NCBI GenBank assembly: GCA_964016885.1
Contig: OZ024740.1
Span: 49,724,001 to 49,788,000 of the forward strand
Length of the DNA stretch: 64,000 nucleotides
From: Eledone cirrhosa
Lineage: Eukaryota
Direction: 5' to 3'
Of this stretch, positions 12,352 through 26,409 are shown piece after piece (the first letter of the stretch is position 1; every line of letters begins with the position of its first letter). A model generated the notes under the pieces. The model made no database searches. It was not told the origin of the DNA and saw nothing but the letters and a program-made list of their open reading frames with translations. The translations under genes were made by a program, and so were the position numbers.

Positions 12352-12938
12352 CATGGTGGCTGCCAACTCGTTTTCGAGTACGGCCACTACTTTATATCCA
12401 TGTAGGAGGACTCCTACCGATGCGCTGAACGAGTGTGAATTTTTAGTCCAGCCATCGACTTGAAAACTCTGGTACAAACACTACACTTGTGACAATTATT
12501 GAAACATAGTGCTGGGCCCATGGTACCATGTGACGACAAGTGCAGAGAGATCTCCAGATATAAAGCAATGCCTGTGCGTGAAGCTTTTATAGTGAGCAAA
12601 GGCACTGCACAAAGCCAGTCCCACTCTCTTAACCAAGATGATATTTACCAAAAAGAAGAACAAGTCAACATCATTGGATACCATCAGAGTTGCAGGTGTT
12701 ATATCAGAGTTTTCCTTCTCCTAGAATTCTGCCTTGACAAAGGCTAAGGGGTCATCTCTCCCGGTGATTTTGGATGGCCATTGACTCTTAAGAGCTCCTT
12801 TGACAGGTTTTGTTTTTAGTCTTGCAGGATGTCCAAAGTCACCCTCCTCACCAAGAAACCTTGGTGGGGTTGCCAGTTTAGTCGCCAACGACCCGACCAT
12901 TAGACAGGTTGTACTGGGATACATGTTACCAGTAGCAC
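12352..12938 (-). mobile_element. Short non-autonomous RTE-derived element, second copy
   Basis: Near-identical to 9994-10602; encodes CSVCTRVFKSMAGLKIHTRSAH. Confidence 0.8.
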
Positions 12939-12979
12939 CTACATACATACATACATACATACATACATACATACATACA

Positions 12980-13011
<32 letters not shown>

Positions 13012-13621
13012 ATCATTCGATGAATCATACCTTTTTGTGATGAATCATAATTATAGTTATAGGCATCAGCTTAGCACCTTCTAGTAGATCTACAATTTTT
13101 GTATGGCCATGTAGTGAGATCTGTTTTGATATTAAAAGTTCCTTGTTTTTCTTAAACATGTAACTATATGAAAGTAAAATCTATAAAATTCGCTTTGTAA
13201 TGAATTGTTTTTCTATTCGTTATTTTAAATGATGACTAAACGTTTCGAAAGAAATATTACTATTTCTAATCATTGAACTATAAATATGATTGTTTTAAAA
13301 TCTCACATTGCTTAAAACGGAAGTGTATCTTACATAACCCTAAACTCAGTTATTTAAGTAAGTGGACAATGGTATGGTGAGTATAGTTCAGTTTTAAAAT
13401 GTTTGACGTTAGTGATTAGAATTAAAAGAAGGAAGTTCCAAATTGAAGCAGTTCTAGAAGAGAAAAAACGATTTTAACAGGTTGAGAAGTTATCCCGCAA
13501 TAGGGCCTTAAATACTCGCTACAAAAACTAAAACGTTTTTTTTATGTTATTAAATAGGGGATGAACCAAAAACTAACAACCAGTAGATCAAATCTGTTGA
13601 TCATGATTTTCAACTGTTTCT

Positions 13622-13910
13622 AGGAGGCGCGTGGTCTAGTGGTAAGGGTTTTGAACTTACGACGATAATATCATGGGTTCGATCCTGGGATGGGTTGCGT
13701 GTTGTGTTCTTGAGCAAAACACTTCATTCACGTTGCGCCAGTATACTCAGCTGAAAATGTGTATCAGGAATAGCTGGGGATTTAACCCTGCAATGGACTG
13801 ACGTCCTGTCCAGTGGGGAGGCTTGTACTCTCAGTCGCTTTACGCCATGGAAACCAGGATAAACACCGGCCTCATGTTCCTCCTAGCTCGAAACAGACTT
13901 TAGAGTTTAG
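13622..13910 (+). mobile_element. tRNA-derived SINE, second family (V-SINE-like body)
   Basis: Box A TGGTCTAGTGG, box B GGTTCGATCC, TTGAGCAAAACACTT, CCCTGCAATGGACTGACGTCCTGTCCAG, short repeat tail. Confidence 0.85.
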
Positions 13911-14660
13911 AGTATGTTATATAGAGACTAAATAGATATTATGTTAATAGCGATTAGTTTAACAATTAATACATACTACATCACATCTTACAAATTGTTA
14001 ATTACACTACGATTAAATGTGTAACAACATAATCCTGGTGTTTATATAGCATTAAAATAAAAACTTCATATCTTACTTCACATTAACAGTAAATAACTTT
14101 TAACCCTAAACTTTGCATTCAACAGGAGATTAAAAGTATTTTAAAGAAGAGAAATACTTCAACATGACAGAATTTAGTTAACAACTGTGAAAGTAAATGA
14201 CGAATGACAGTCGACATTGTGCCTGTTGGCTGATTGGCGGATAGTGAATAAAGAACGCTTCAGAAACAGAAATAACATCGAGCTACAAATAGTACACATT
14301 TATAGACAGAATCTAGCTGTCAGATAATAATGACTGTAAAATATTCAATCGCTTGTAGAAATTGTCTTTATGATTGATGGTCTAAAATACAGATATTTTT
14401 ACCTCTTCAGGTTATTTATTTTTGACATTTCAATCTGAATATTTATCTATATATTAAAAAAGTATTTTGTTTTCCGAGAAAGACACACAGGGCCCATGCA
14501 TGACCGTTATAATACTCCCTTTATTAGGGAAGATAGATTAAAACATTTCGAAGTTAAAATTCATTTCATAGATATTCATCGTTTCCATTTACCAACTGGT
14601 ATGGGTTGAACGAGTTCTTACGGACCGAAACCAGGCGAATCAGAGCGACATCCTCTAGCT

Positions 14661-15014
14661 CAGGGGTGTGCAACACATTCCATTGGCGGGCCACTTTTGA
14701 ACATTGGAACAACTATTAGGGCCAGTCAGTCAAAAATATGTAATCTAACGAAAACCAGTGAATTGAGTCATAAATAATTGTGAATACATTTTTAAACAAT
14801 AAAGACAAATAACATGGAATTGGGAAATTATAACACACATGACCCTATCAGTGAATCCCGTTAGTATAGATCACTAACAGAAAGTTGTATTAGAGTTACA
14901 AAAAAGATTCTCAATAAGTCTACAAGGTAAATATTAAAAACAGTCATCGCGGGCCACTCTGACTGGTCTGGTGGGTCGGATTGTGGCCCGCGGGCCGCCT
15001 GTTGCACACCAATG
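14661..15014. mobile_element. hAT (Charlie-like) MITE
   Basis: TIRs CAGGGGTGTGCAAC / GTTGCACACCAATG; perfect 8-bp TSD CTCTAGCT. Confidence 0.92.
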
Positions 15015-15570
15015 CTCTAGCTCATACATGCCACATTTGACAGGTTTTCTACCCCAGCCACATTACATGATATATTGGGTGTGTATTTTTGTGACACTAT
15101 CACCGCTTCCCACAATATAGTGGATGCACAGGAGTACTAACACTTTACAGTGTAATACATTTCAAAATATAATAGTCATGTGGTAAATACATTGAGATAT
15201 CGGATAAAACGAATACCTTATTGTATTTACTTTCCTTTATAATGTTGTGTTCAAGTCATCTATAGGGTCCTTTCCAAGTTCGCTTTTAAAAAGACATCAA
15301 TCAAGTACTAGGATCGATTTTAAATGGCTGTATTACTCAACTAGGTATATGTGGCTAGGTGCTGGAGCTAGAAATCAATATTATATTATAAAACCTGTCA
15401 TGCATTTATAATAATTATATTATGCATGAATTTTATTGTTAAAAGAAAAGCAGCTAATTAAAATATATTAGCATCAGCATTAACATTTAATAACATACTG
15501 CAGTTTCTATGTTGTCTGTCTCGCACACACACATACATACACACTCCTATCCGTATATCTATCTAACTAC

Positions 15571-15608
<38 letters not shown>

Positions 15609-15669
15609 GCAAACAAACACACATATATATATGTATATGTATATATATCTATATATATCTATCTATATA

Positions 15670-15700
<31 letters not shown>

Positions 15701-15886
15701 ATATATATTTATATGTGTGTGTGCGTGTTTGTGGAAGCATGCATGCATTCATGCATACATATATATATATATACATGCATTCATAAACACATACATACAT
15801 GTGTGTGTATGAATGTGTGTGTGTATGTATATATATATATATATATGTATGTGAGTGTGTGTTTGTATGAATGTACACACACACAT

Positions 15887-15998
<112 letters not shown>

Positions 15999-16974
15999 GG
16001 AAACAACACAGTACAACGAAGAGATATTTCCGTTTAACGCTTGATATAGTAGGAAAAGAGACATCGGCAGATAAAATGAGAAATAAAAAGATAGAGAGTG
16101 AAAAGATGAAAGAAAGGGGAAAAAATGTTTTTGAGAAAAAGCACGTGTGTATTCAGTCAACCTTTATATCAATAAAGGTGATGCAGAAATGCTCTGCTTA
16201 AAATATATACATAAAAATAGAGACTCGCTATCTCAATATGGCGAGTGCGGAAAATCATCCACGGAACCGAAAATATCCTCGCAATTTCAAGAAGAATACA
16301 CACCTTAGGGTGTTTAGTTCATAGAAAGCAATAAAAAGAAACAAACTTTATAGCTGTGGCTGAATTGTTTTTGCTTATCCACAGCAACTGCATTGTTTTA
16401 AATTGTTGCAAAATAGCAAGGCTCCTTTTTCTTGAATTGAATAGACCTAAAAGGAGTTTTGGTCTTGAAATTACGATAATAATCACGGTTGATTGGAGTT
16501 TTTTGCCTAGCTTACCATATTCAAACAATGAGACGCTATTTGCATATATACACTTTATACAGAGTAGTTCTCTCGAGCAGTTTCACTTTAATCTCTAGAC
16601 GTACAATAAATACATACATACACATAATTTATATATATATATTATAAAATAACAGGAGGCTGGACTGGTGTAATTCCGTAAATTTAACAAAGGAATATAA
16701 TAGACACAATCCATGGGGCTGAAAAGGCAGAGAAACAAGATATATTTTACCCTCTTTTTAATTTGTTTCCTCCCCTTCACCACCCCCCATTTTAATGTCT
16801 TTCCACCACTCCCCTCACACCCTCGGAACTCTTTTCCTGCCCACTTTTCTCCAGATGAAGGGCTTATGCTCAAAACGTCGTCCCCACCCCACACTCTCAA
16901 ACGTGAACCTAATACTAACACTTTGTACTGCACTCTACGCTTTGTTTATATATATATATGTGTGTGTGTGTGTA

Positions 16975-17029
<55 letters not shown>

Positions 17030-17649
17030 TTTTTTATTTGTGTGTTAATATTTGTAGCTAAAAAAGAATTAAGCAAAAGAAAACAGATTGGAAAAAACAG
17101 AGGGAAAAAATATAGATTGGAAAAAATCCCCGAGGCTTATAAAAACTCGCCATTAACAAATGCAATGGAATTGTCTTGGTAACCAGAAAATTATAGTGCG
17201 ACAAAGCGTTTTCTTATTTCGTAATATACTCAAATGATAACAAAAGTGACTACAGTAGTGTTTGTATGTTCTTAAGTTATTAAAATGACTCTTTGACAGT
17301 TTTAACACACGGACTAAGATCAAACAATTGCAACTCCAAAAATATGTCTGGGTATATGGTAACATACAGTCGGATATATATATATGGTTGGATATATGTA
17401 ATATATTTGTAATATACGTTACTTTATATATTAAACTAGAATTTTGTTAGTGCTCACGTCATATAAGTGCAACGAAATATTATGACACTTCGTAATAGAC
17501 TCTTCTATTGAGAAATAAAAGGGATCGTTTTTTTGCTTGTTCTTAAATGTTTCAAATGCTTCTGTCCATATGCTTCGGTCTCATATTCTGGACGCCTCAG
17601 CTGTATACTAAATTCTACATTACGGTCCCCACTTACAATATTACAGAAA

Positions 17650-18022
17650 ATGATTTCTACTTTAGGCACAAGGCCAGCAATTTTAAGGGAGGGGAAATTA
17701 GAATAAATCGACCCCATTGTATTACTGATGAAAGGCAAAGCTAACCTCGGAAGGATTTGAACTCAGAACGTAAAGGGCCGTAGCTTTCTGCTGCGAAGCA
17801 GGTTGTCCGACGCTCTACCGACACAATATTACAGATAATTGTTTCTACTTTTGGCACAAGGCCAGCAATTACTGAGTACATTACTGGTACTTTATTTTAT
17901 CGATCCCGTAAGGATGAAAGGCAAAGTTAACCTCGGTGGGATTTGAACTCAGACCGCAAATGGCCGTAACTCTATGTTGGAAAGCATAGAGTCCGATCCT
18001 CTACCGATACTGCCAATCCACC
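17650..18022 (-). mobile_element. Two tandem tRNA-SINEs (17650-17822 and 17836-18022)
   Basis: Family consensus; target TATTACAGA(T/A)AAT present three times. Confidence 0.9.
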
Positions 18023-18461
18023 AGTATTACAGATAATAACCACCCGATTCTCTAGCTGATCACAGATTAACTTAAGCTCATTTCTACCAGCTAACAAATC
18101 AGTTCACAATTATGTTATGTCCTTAGAATGGCAATTTTATATCTTTTCGTTGGTGTTTATTTGCAACGTATATGTTAAACGTATATGTGTGTGATGCTTA
18201 TGTGTGTGATGCTTATGTGTGTTCAATGCATGTGTGTGTATGTGTGTGGTGTGTGTGAGAGAGAGAGAGAGTGTGTGTGTGTGTGAGTGAATTTAAATTA
18301 CTAAGCATACATATAATATTGTTGATATTTTAGGATTACTCATGCGCGTTTGATAAAGTGTAACTCGAGCAAATAATATAAAGAAAAGTGTTCATTGTAC
18401 ATTATACATATTGTTTTTGAGGGATATTTTATCATTACATATTAACTAAATGAATATAGTA

Positions 18462-18490
<29 letters not shown>

Positions 18491-18492
<2 letters not shown>

Positions 18493-18709
18493 TTTCGCTC
18501 CACATGGCTGAATACAATAAATGTAATCTGAGTTTTTCGAATATTAATAATAACATTCGATTCGTTTGCAATTATGCAAACAAGCCTCATTTTTAAATCC
18601 ATGTCAGTAGACTGAAGGGTTCATTCTACTGACATGGATTTAAAATGAGGCTTGTTTGCATAATTGCAAACGAATCGAATGTTATTATTAATATTCGAAA
18701 AACTCAGAT

Positions 18710-18716
<7 letters not shown>
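18491..18716. mobile_element. Fold-back element in (TA)n (arms about 18521-18611 and 18625-18713)
   Basis: Near-perfect 90-bp inverted repeat, one arm extended; diverged relative at about 30535-30590. Confidence 0.9.
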
Positions 18717-18794
<78 letters not shown>

Positions 18795-19108
18795 GATGCG
18801 AAGTTAAGTAAAGCAGGAAGAAGGTAGCTGATAATGAATTTCCTTTCCTACATTTACAAATCCGTTGATACTAATTTAGTCAACCATTTTAAGTTTTAAC
18901 ATATGCTGGTCCCCGTTGGCTATTTTTCTGTATGCCAGTTTCATGTAATGGTCCATCGGGGAATTTCTAAATATAAATTGAAAGAAAATACCCCAACAGC
19001 ACCACATTTTCCATATTAGAAGTCAAATTATGCGGTAACTGACAAGAAGATGAAACAATCCCACGGAACTGCTATAGACGTTACTTCATATTTAAAACGA
19101 TAAGCATA

Positions 19109-20116
19109 ATGACTGATTGCAATAATATTACCAGTCGAGAGGAGTTAGACGTAAAGATTAAATACATGTGTACAATATAGTCACCACATATTATGCCATT
19201 ATGCTATTTTCCTCCATTTTCAGTAATTTAGTATTTGATATCTGATACAAATGAATTAACGAAATAACAGTGTTCACTACACATAACGCTAATTCGATCA
19301 GATTTTCTGAAGCGGACTCATGTGATAAAGGTAGCCAATCCAACACAAAGGAATGGCACATTGCTACATCATTCCGGTTATGCTGACATAAGGTGTTTGC
19401 CATATTCAAAACTCAGTCATTTTGTTTGGCATTATATATAAAAAAAAAACTTAGAAAATGTGATTTATTGTTGTATACGATGACGATTTTATCAAGTGTG
19501 TTTCAAAGATTACATAGACAAGTGGGTAGGTTGTAAGGTCAGGTTCAGTTTCACGAGAAAGAAGTTTTAGTTGTGATAATATAACAATTTTCGTTCGTAA
19601 TTACGTGGTCGTATGTGGTTAATATCAGTTTAACTTGTCGTCTTCACTTATCTGTATTCCATTTAAACCGATGATAGAGTAAACAAAAACTAATTACACT
19701 TATGCTACAAATATAGTTTAGAGTTCAATAGTAAGGATATGTTCTAAAATTGGATATTTATATAAATGTTGTTGGCAAACGTTGAAAGTGGGTGTATGAA
19801 AAACAGCTATAAAAAGGGAGTGAGAAACTAGCAATAAAAGATGATGACTACATGACAGTACATCCGGGAGTTGAAAGACTATATCTAGTAATGAAAACCA
19901 AATGACATACAATTTGACCAACAAACAAGAGGAGAAAACGTTATTTTGATTGATCTATACTTATGTTTGTATGTTATATCATGCTTGTAAATTCATTTGT
20001 ATCAGATATAAAATACTAAATTACTAAAAATGGAGGAAAATAGCATAATGGCATAATATGTGGTGACTATATTGTACATATGTATCTCGACTGGTTATAT
20101 TATTGCAATCAGTCAT
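19109..20116. mobile_element. Approximately 1-kb non-autonomous element with long terminal inverted repeats
   Basis: 19109-19258 is the reverse complement of 19990-20116 apart from a 20-bp indel. Confidence 0.75.
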
Positions 20117-20904
20117 ATATATAGATATTTATGTGTGCGCGTATGTGTGAGTATGTTTATGTATGTGTGTGTGTGCGCCCGCGTTCGTGTGTGTGTGTGA
20201 AGTATATTGAAAACATACATAAAGACAAATAAAGAAAACAATGCACTATAGTTTATATGAAACATTGGGAAACATGTAGTTAGAATTGCTTGGGGACAGC
20301 CGATACAATGGAAGTTAGAAATACAGAAGTGAAAATTAGAGCAAAGTAAATCAAACAAAACAATACAATTTCATGATATTTCGGTGTTTGGGATTTCTTT
20401 CAAAGGAAACGAAATGAGGTGTGATGGTGATGACAAGCGGAACTCTTCTGCTATTCATCAAATGTATGCATGTGAATATATCCATAGTATATTAAATAGT
20501 CTATTAAATATACATTTAATCAGGCACGAAGAATCAATTATATTGCAGGCAGAAATATTTTACCAAGTAAATCGTGCCACGTACTTAGATATATGAGAAA
20601 CTTCATTAGATAATTATTACATTAATATGAAATGCGGGGCGTTTAAAGTAGTGGTAATGATAAATGTGACTTTCACATATAATCTAATAATAAGCGGTAT
20701 ACATAAATATGTTCCATTCAGGAGTGGCTATACATTCTTCATTACTGCTCTTTCTCAATGATTCGCATGAATTGATAATCTAGAATATTTCACAGCACAC
20801 CTATACCAATGATCTATACTAATCTAAGGGAGTAAGAATAGAAACGTTCTATAAATCTCTTTCAAGTAACACAATAGCACCTTTAAAGGGAAGAACATAT
20901 TGAA

Positions 20905-21092
20905 TAATTGTTTCTTCTTTTGGCACAAGGCCAGCAATTATCCCAGTGAATTACTGGTACTTTATTTTATCGACCCCATAAGGATGAAAGGAAAAGTTAA
21001 CCTCGGTAGGATTTAAACTCAGACCATAAAGGGCCGTAACTCTTTGCTGAAAAGCATGGTGTCCGACCCTCTACCGGTACTGCCAATCCACT
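20905..21092 (-). mobile_element. tRNA-SINE, dominant family
   Basis: Consensus match; TSD ATTGAATAAT. Confidence 0.9.
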
Positions 21093-21951
21093 ATTGAATA
21101 ATGCAGCCCTGTATATATTATGTCTCAAAATAATGAAATGGCTACTACCGCAATGCAGGCTGAACGAAAAAAGTTATCAATACGTTTCTGAAACGCACCG
21201 AATGGTAAAGTTTAATAAATGTGGTACTAAAAGGATACGTCTTCTTAACCATGCTTTAAACCAAAGGTTCTCAACCCATTTCGGCCAAACACCCCATTTT
21301 TCCCCCTCGAAATCACGAAACGACCCCTACCCTACTTTTCCATTTTTCAATATACTACTGATTTTGATATCAGTAGATTACTGGGCCAAATCAAGTTATG
21401 TTAGAATCTTCAAAAAATACTCGTACGAATTAAATACAAAAAAGTTTCAGTCCCAAACAAAAGCAAGCTATTTCAAATTATATATTAAAAAAAAAAAAGA
21501 TTTGATCTCAGTCGAAAAAGCTTTTTTTTTTAAATTCTATATTTCACTGTTAGCTGAGTGGATAGACAATTCTACAATTCGAGCTGTAAATTCAAAATAC
21601 AAAAAATGCAAAATATGAAGAATTTCTTACTTTTCTCTGAAATCACAAACTCAGGGGGAAAATAGTACCTTGCAAAATAAAATACCTTGTAGCATAATAA
21701 AATACTTAGTAGCAACGAATGAATTGAGAAGCTTGGTGACAGTGAGAAAGCCATATCTGTATCCCTTATATATATATATATATACATAGATAGATACACA
21801 CACATAAACGCGCGCGCGCACACACACAAACACACATACAAACTTGTGTGAGTGTGTGTGTGCCTTGGTTTTGGTACAGAAAGAATTTTGTCTCCAGTTT
21901 TTATTGCCAGGTCAAAGGCCACTGCTCTTTTCAACAACGCCAAATAACAAC

Positions 21952-22038
<87 letters not shown>

Positions 22039-22237
22039 AAGAATATTTTCGAAACTGCGAGTTGGTTTGAAATTATTAGAAATGTAAGCTATAGCCGTAT
22101 TTTGACTTAAGAAATTAAAGAAATTATTCAGCCTGATAGAACCCTCGGAGAAATGGAAAAAGATGAGTATTGACGTCAATACTCATCTTTTTCCATTTCT
22201 CCGAGGGTTCTATCAGGCTGAATAATTTCTTTAATTA
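22039..22237. mobile_element. Fold-back element, family T
   Basis: Loopless palindrome centred on TTGACGTCAA (22175/22176); relatives at 34195-34590 and 46161-46308. Confidence 0.9.
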
Positions 22238-22240
22238 TTT

Positions 22241-22828
22241 CTGTGCATGCTACTGTACGTCTGTATACATATATGTATGTACGTATACATGCATACTTAC
22301 ATTTAAGTAAGTGCCATACTAAGAGTGAGAAATGAAATTTCGTTTTCATTTTGTTTCAATTTATCGTTTTCGGTATGCCTGACCGATTTAACTCACTCAA
22401 TATGCAAATTAGGCTGCTCAGCCGTTAATTTTCATAAGGAAAGTATATACTTTCGAACGTTCAACTATCTGGCAGATGGGTAAACGGTGCTGATGATAGC
22501 TAACAAGCTTGAAACTAGTACATCGTTCCTGTGTCAGTGTTGAACAAAAAGGTGACGTGGTTGCCTTAACACCGTATGGCATAAATTCAGGCTGTTCAGT
22601 TTGTTTACAAACGAACAAAGCGACGTTATAATAAGCGCCGCTAAACTGATACGTGCATATATGTATGTGTACCTGTATGCATATGTATGTATATATGTAT
22701 ATATATATATATGTGTGCATGCTACTGTACGTCTGTATACATATATGTATGTACGTATACATGCATACTTACATTTAAGTAAGTGCCATACTAAGAGTGA
22801 GAAATGAAATTTCGTTTTCATTTTGTTT

Positions 22829-22832
<4 letters not shown>
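22241..22832 (+). repeat. 120-bp direct repeats flanking about 350 bp, ending in (TA)n
   Basis: 22243-22361 matches 22714-22832; diverged inverted copy at about 63003-63110. Confidence 0.8.
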
Positions 22833-22885
<53 letters not shown>

Positions 22886-23239
22886 AAATTTAGTACAGAA
22901 TCAATGAAGCCATGGTTGCAGCCAAGCTAACGAATGCAGTTTCGGTGTACAGCTAAGCACGCGGATAGGGTATATAACCCTAGCGTTATAACATTACTTT
23001 TAGACAGCTTTGCAAATTGAAGACAGCGACCGATAGAAGGGCCGCAGTGACCATAGCGACGAAAATGACTGAACTCAGGAAAAAATGTTTATTTTAAAAG
23101 TAAACAGGGAACAAAAAGAGAAAAACGAAGAGGCAGTACAAATGATATATATATATATACTGTATATATATGTAAATCTACATACATACATACATCACCA
23201 ATATAATTTTATATATATATATATATATATAAATCTACA

Positions 23240-23296
<57 letters not shown>

Positions 23297-23313
23297 ATGT
23301 ATGTATGTATGTA

Positions 23314-23383
<70 letters not shown>

Positions 23384-23392
23384 GATTTATAG

Positions 23393-23434
<42 letters not shown>

Positions 23435-23473
23435 GACATTAACAAATGGAAACTATATTTATAAAACCATATT

Positions 23474-23538
23474 TATTTCATTATACATATTTCAAGGACA
23501 CCAAGTTAAATTATGGTGTGCTTTCATCAGATAAAATA
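23474..23538 (-). ncRNA. Type I hammerhead ribozyme
   Basis: TATTTTAT-CTGATGA-AAGCACACCA..TGGTGTCCTT-GAAA-TATGTA-TA-ATGAAATA. Confidence 0.85.
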
Positions 23539-23891
23539 TAATATAGATCAGTTTTATAAATAAATATTGACATACCCTTAAAGAATACAACCATTACTGT
23601 TGGAAGCTCCCGGATAATATCCTATCCGGTTTAAAGTCACTCAACATTACACTTCAACCTACATCACATAGACGCGCTGTCTTACCACTTTTCATTTTAT
23701 TCTACTTCGATGTAACTTGGAGAATCCTGGTTTCACACCACTACAACCACCACAAAACCAACCAAACAATCACCTGACATGCATACGTCTCCCACCTGCT
23801 ACAGAAGAAAATAAAACAGCAAATAATGTGCTTCAATTGGCACCGAGTATGTATATTTCAAACATGGTGTATCCACATATTTATATATATA

Positions 23892-23920
23892 CTAGCAGAA
23901 GTACCCGGCGTTGCTCGGGT
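23892..23920 (-). mobile_element. Helitron-like 3' terminus; element probably extends to about 24.6 kb
   Basis: Minus strand CCCGAGCAACGCCGGG hairpin followed by CTAG|T. Confidence 0.6.
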
Positions 23921-25081
23921 GTAAGTCGACCTTTGGTCTGTTAGAATGTGTGAAAGTTACTTCCCGCGCATCACAGGTTCAAAACTTCGAACTTCAATGA
24001 AAAAAAATAGGTTAGTAGACACAGGTGTGTAATTTATTAATTGTAGTTACACAGTGTATCGTTGAAATTGTTCTCTGCACGACTGACGGAAGTCAAAATC
24101 GCTTGATATTGAATGTTCAGTTAATTTAAAGCAGGGTGAAAATGTCGATTACTTTCAGGGTTTTTTTTTTTTTACAGTTTTTGCGCTCACATGTGCAGAA
24201 GAAGAATTAAAAGGGCCTTTATCTTAACCGCGGCATAATGGCGAGTCTTTTGTGACAGTTTTCCCATGTGTAACTTTGCCTTGTTTTTTTGCGCAAAGTC
24301 GAGCCCCGCTTCAGTTTTATTGATTTTTTACATCAATGCGTGATCTCTGAAGTAGATTTGAGTAGCTAAAAACCTGTCCCGGTAAATTTGCTATAGGTGA
24401 AAAAAAGTTGATCAAAATTGTATCTTGGGTTATTGCCCTTTGCCACAGCCTCAAGCCTCGTCTGACGGGATGTTGGTGATTCCTCCGTCAACGCTTGTTG
24501 GCGACGAAGGCGAACATCAGCAAGCCTTGTCGTACGTGATGTTGGTGACTCAACCAGCCGGGAAAGACGTCTATCAGCGAGTCGAGATTCGCGCTCAGCG
24601 GGTGTTTCCTAGAGAAAATTAATTAATTCTAGTGGTTAGCTAAGCCAATGGCAGTGTCAATAGTAAATGAGAAAAGTCTAACATGAACAAAAGGGAATCA
24701 AGGTAAGACAATAAATTTAATATAACTACGATTAGAATGTATACAGCGCGTCTATGTGATGTAGGTTGAAGTGTAATGTTGCTTAAAAGTGGTGACAGTT
24801 AGGATAAACGCAGTACTTGCTAACATTAAGGGAGAATATTGCATAAAGGATTAATCAATTGTGAATGAACTCATACCTGAGAACGCCTAATTCGTTGTCT
24901 CAAAGCAGTAGCTGTACCTTTTTTGGAGGTAAGTCTTGAACGTTTCCGTGTGGGCATAACGACGTGTTACGAAGCTGTTAGGTTAGAGAGAGGTGATTAA
25001 ATACAGAGAGAGATGACACCAGATTCGTTAGCATGGTTACTGGTGAATGGGAAGGTTTGGAAATATGATTACAATAACTTA

Positions 25082-25336
25082 CCGAATTTTCCGGTCTATA
25101 AATTGCACTTAAAATAATTAAATTTAATCAAAAAACAGCTCTGCGCTTTATACTCCGGTGAGCCTTATGTATAAATAATACAATGGTAATCAATCACGGC
25201 TCTAACAGAAGTAATAGATCTAGACTAAAAGTAAAGAAGATAGCATTTTCCTGGTTGGCCTTACACGCCGTTGCGCGGACCTGATTTTAAATGATACGCC
25301 TTATATCCTGGTGAGCCTTATAGAGCGGAAAATATC
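25082..25336. mobile_element. Degenerate pogo/Tigger-like MITE
   Basis: CCGAATTTTCCGGTCTATAA ... TTATAGAGCGGAAAATAT. Confidence 0.55.
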
Positions 25337-26409
25337 TATTGGAAAAGAATACGAATTCATGACCAAGGTGTGACAAAATAGGCGTCTATACAGCGCCTGA
25401 AACAAACTTGTCCAACACCCTAGGATTTTTCTCGTTAAGTATCCACCCAAAAGGAACCATTTTTTAGTTACAAAAAATAACCAAAGTGTATAGTAGCTAT
25501 ATTTCTGACATATCATGCCAAAAAGAACAATATATTCAAAAAATGTTCTAAAGTACATTCAATCTCTTTTTTTGACCGATATCTTAATAAGCAAGTTATC
25601 GATTTTTTTATTGGCTGTCAGTGTCTATCTGCATGCAGGTGTGCACGTGTGCGCAATTAATTGCAAATACGCTCATAACATTTAGTCGTAAGCAGAACAA
25701 AAAATGCCATTAGAGGTGGGCTAATAATGAAGACACAAACCCTGGTGAACTTACGTTTAAACACCCGAAAAGTTACTCACTTCCTGTGCAAAAGACTGTA
25801 TTATAAATTAAGTAATTTTTTAGAATCTTTTGTTTAAAAAAGGAAAACATTGGTACGGAAGTAACATTTTTTACAACTTTGTATGTGTACAATACAACTT
25901 GGTCAACGTATTATTTAGTAATTTTTTTTTTCAAAAAGCATGATTATTTAAGACTGTTTGAAAATTTACTCAAAGCTTTTAGCATCACAAAAGACACCAT
26001 TAAATTTGGTTCCCTTTTCAGATAGGGATAATACTGTATTTCCACTTGAATAAGGTGGAATATGAAAAGATAAACTCTTTAATGGTCGGTCGTTTACTGA
26101 GACAGCTTGGAAGACATGCAGCTGGCCGTCCAATCAATAACGCACGTCCTTATATGGGCATTTGAAATTTATTTTTATTGCGCCAGATGTAAACTAAGAG
26201 TTCTTGTGTTCGAATTCACATAAAATTTCATTGGAATCGAAAACCATTCTGTCATAGGGCCCGATTATCGATTTTTCGAAAATTTCAAGTAGCCTATTCC
26301 ACTCTACGCGTTGAGTTTTATATATGTGTGAGGTTTCATGAAAAGTGGATGAACGGTGTAGCATGCAAGTTGAGAACACCAAACAATGTCCATCTTCCCT
26401 TTATATAGG

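Noticed and set aside
12414-12605. C2H2 zinc-finger gene
   Set aside because: A single finger inside a multicopy RTE-derived repeat, degenerate in the other copies.
9994-12938. Repeat-spacer-like alternation suggesting CRISPR
   Set aside because: Eukaryotic retroelement copies separated by microsatellites; no constant short repeats with unique spacers and no cas genes.
16852-16879. Hammerhead-like CAGATGAAGGGCTTATGCTCAAAACGTC, with similar cases near 27709 and 31714
   Set aside because: Core changes in essential positions; probably decayed HHRs, so not called as features.
25391-26390. Possible Tc1-like element
   Set aside because: I could not establish matching TIRs or a transposase.
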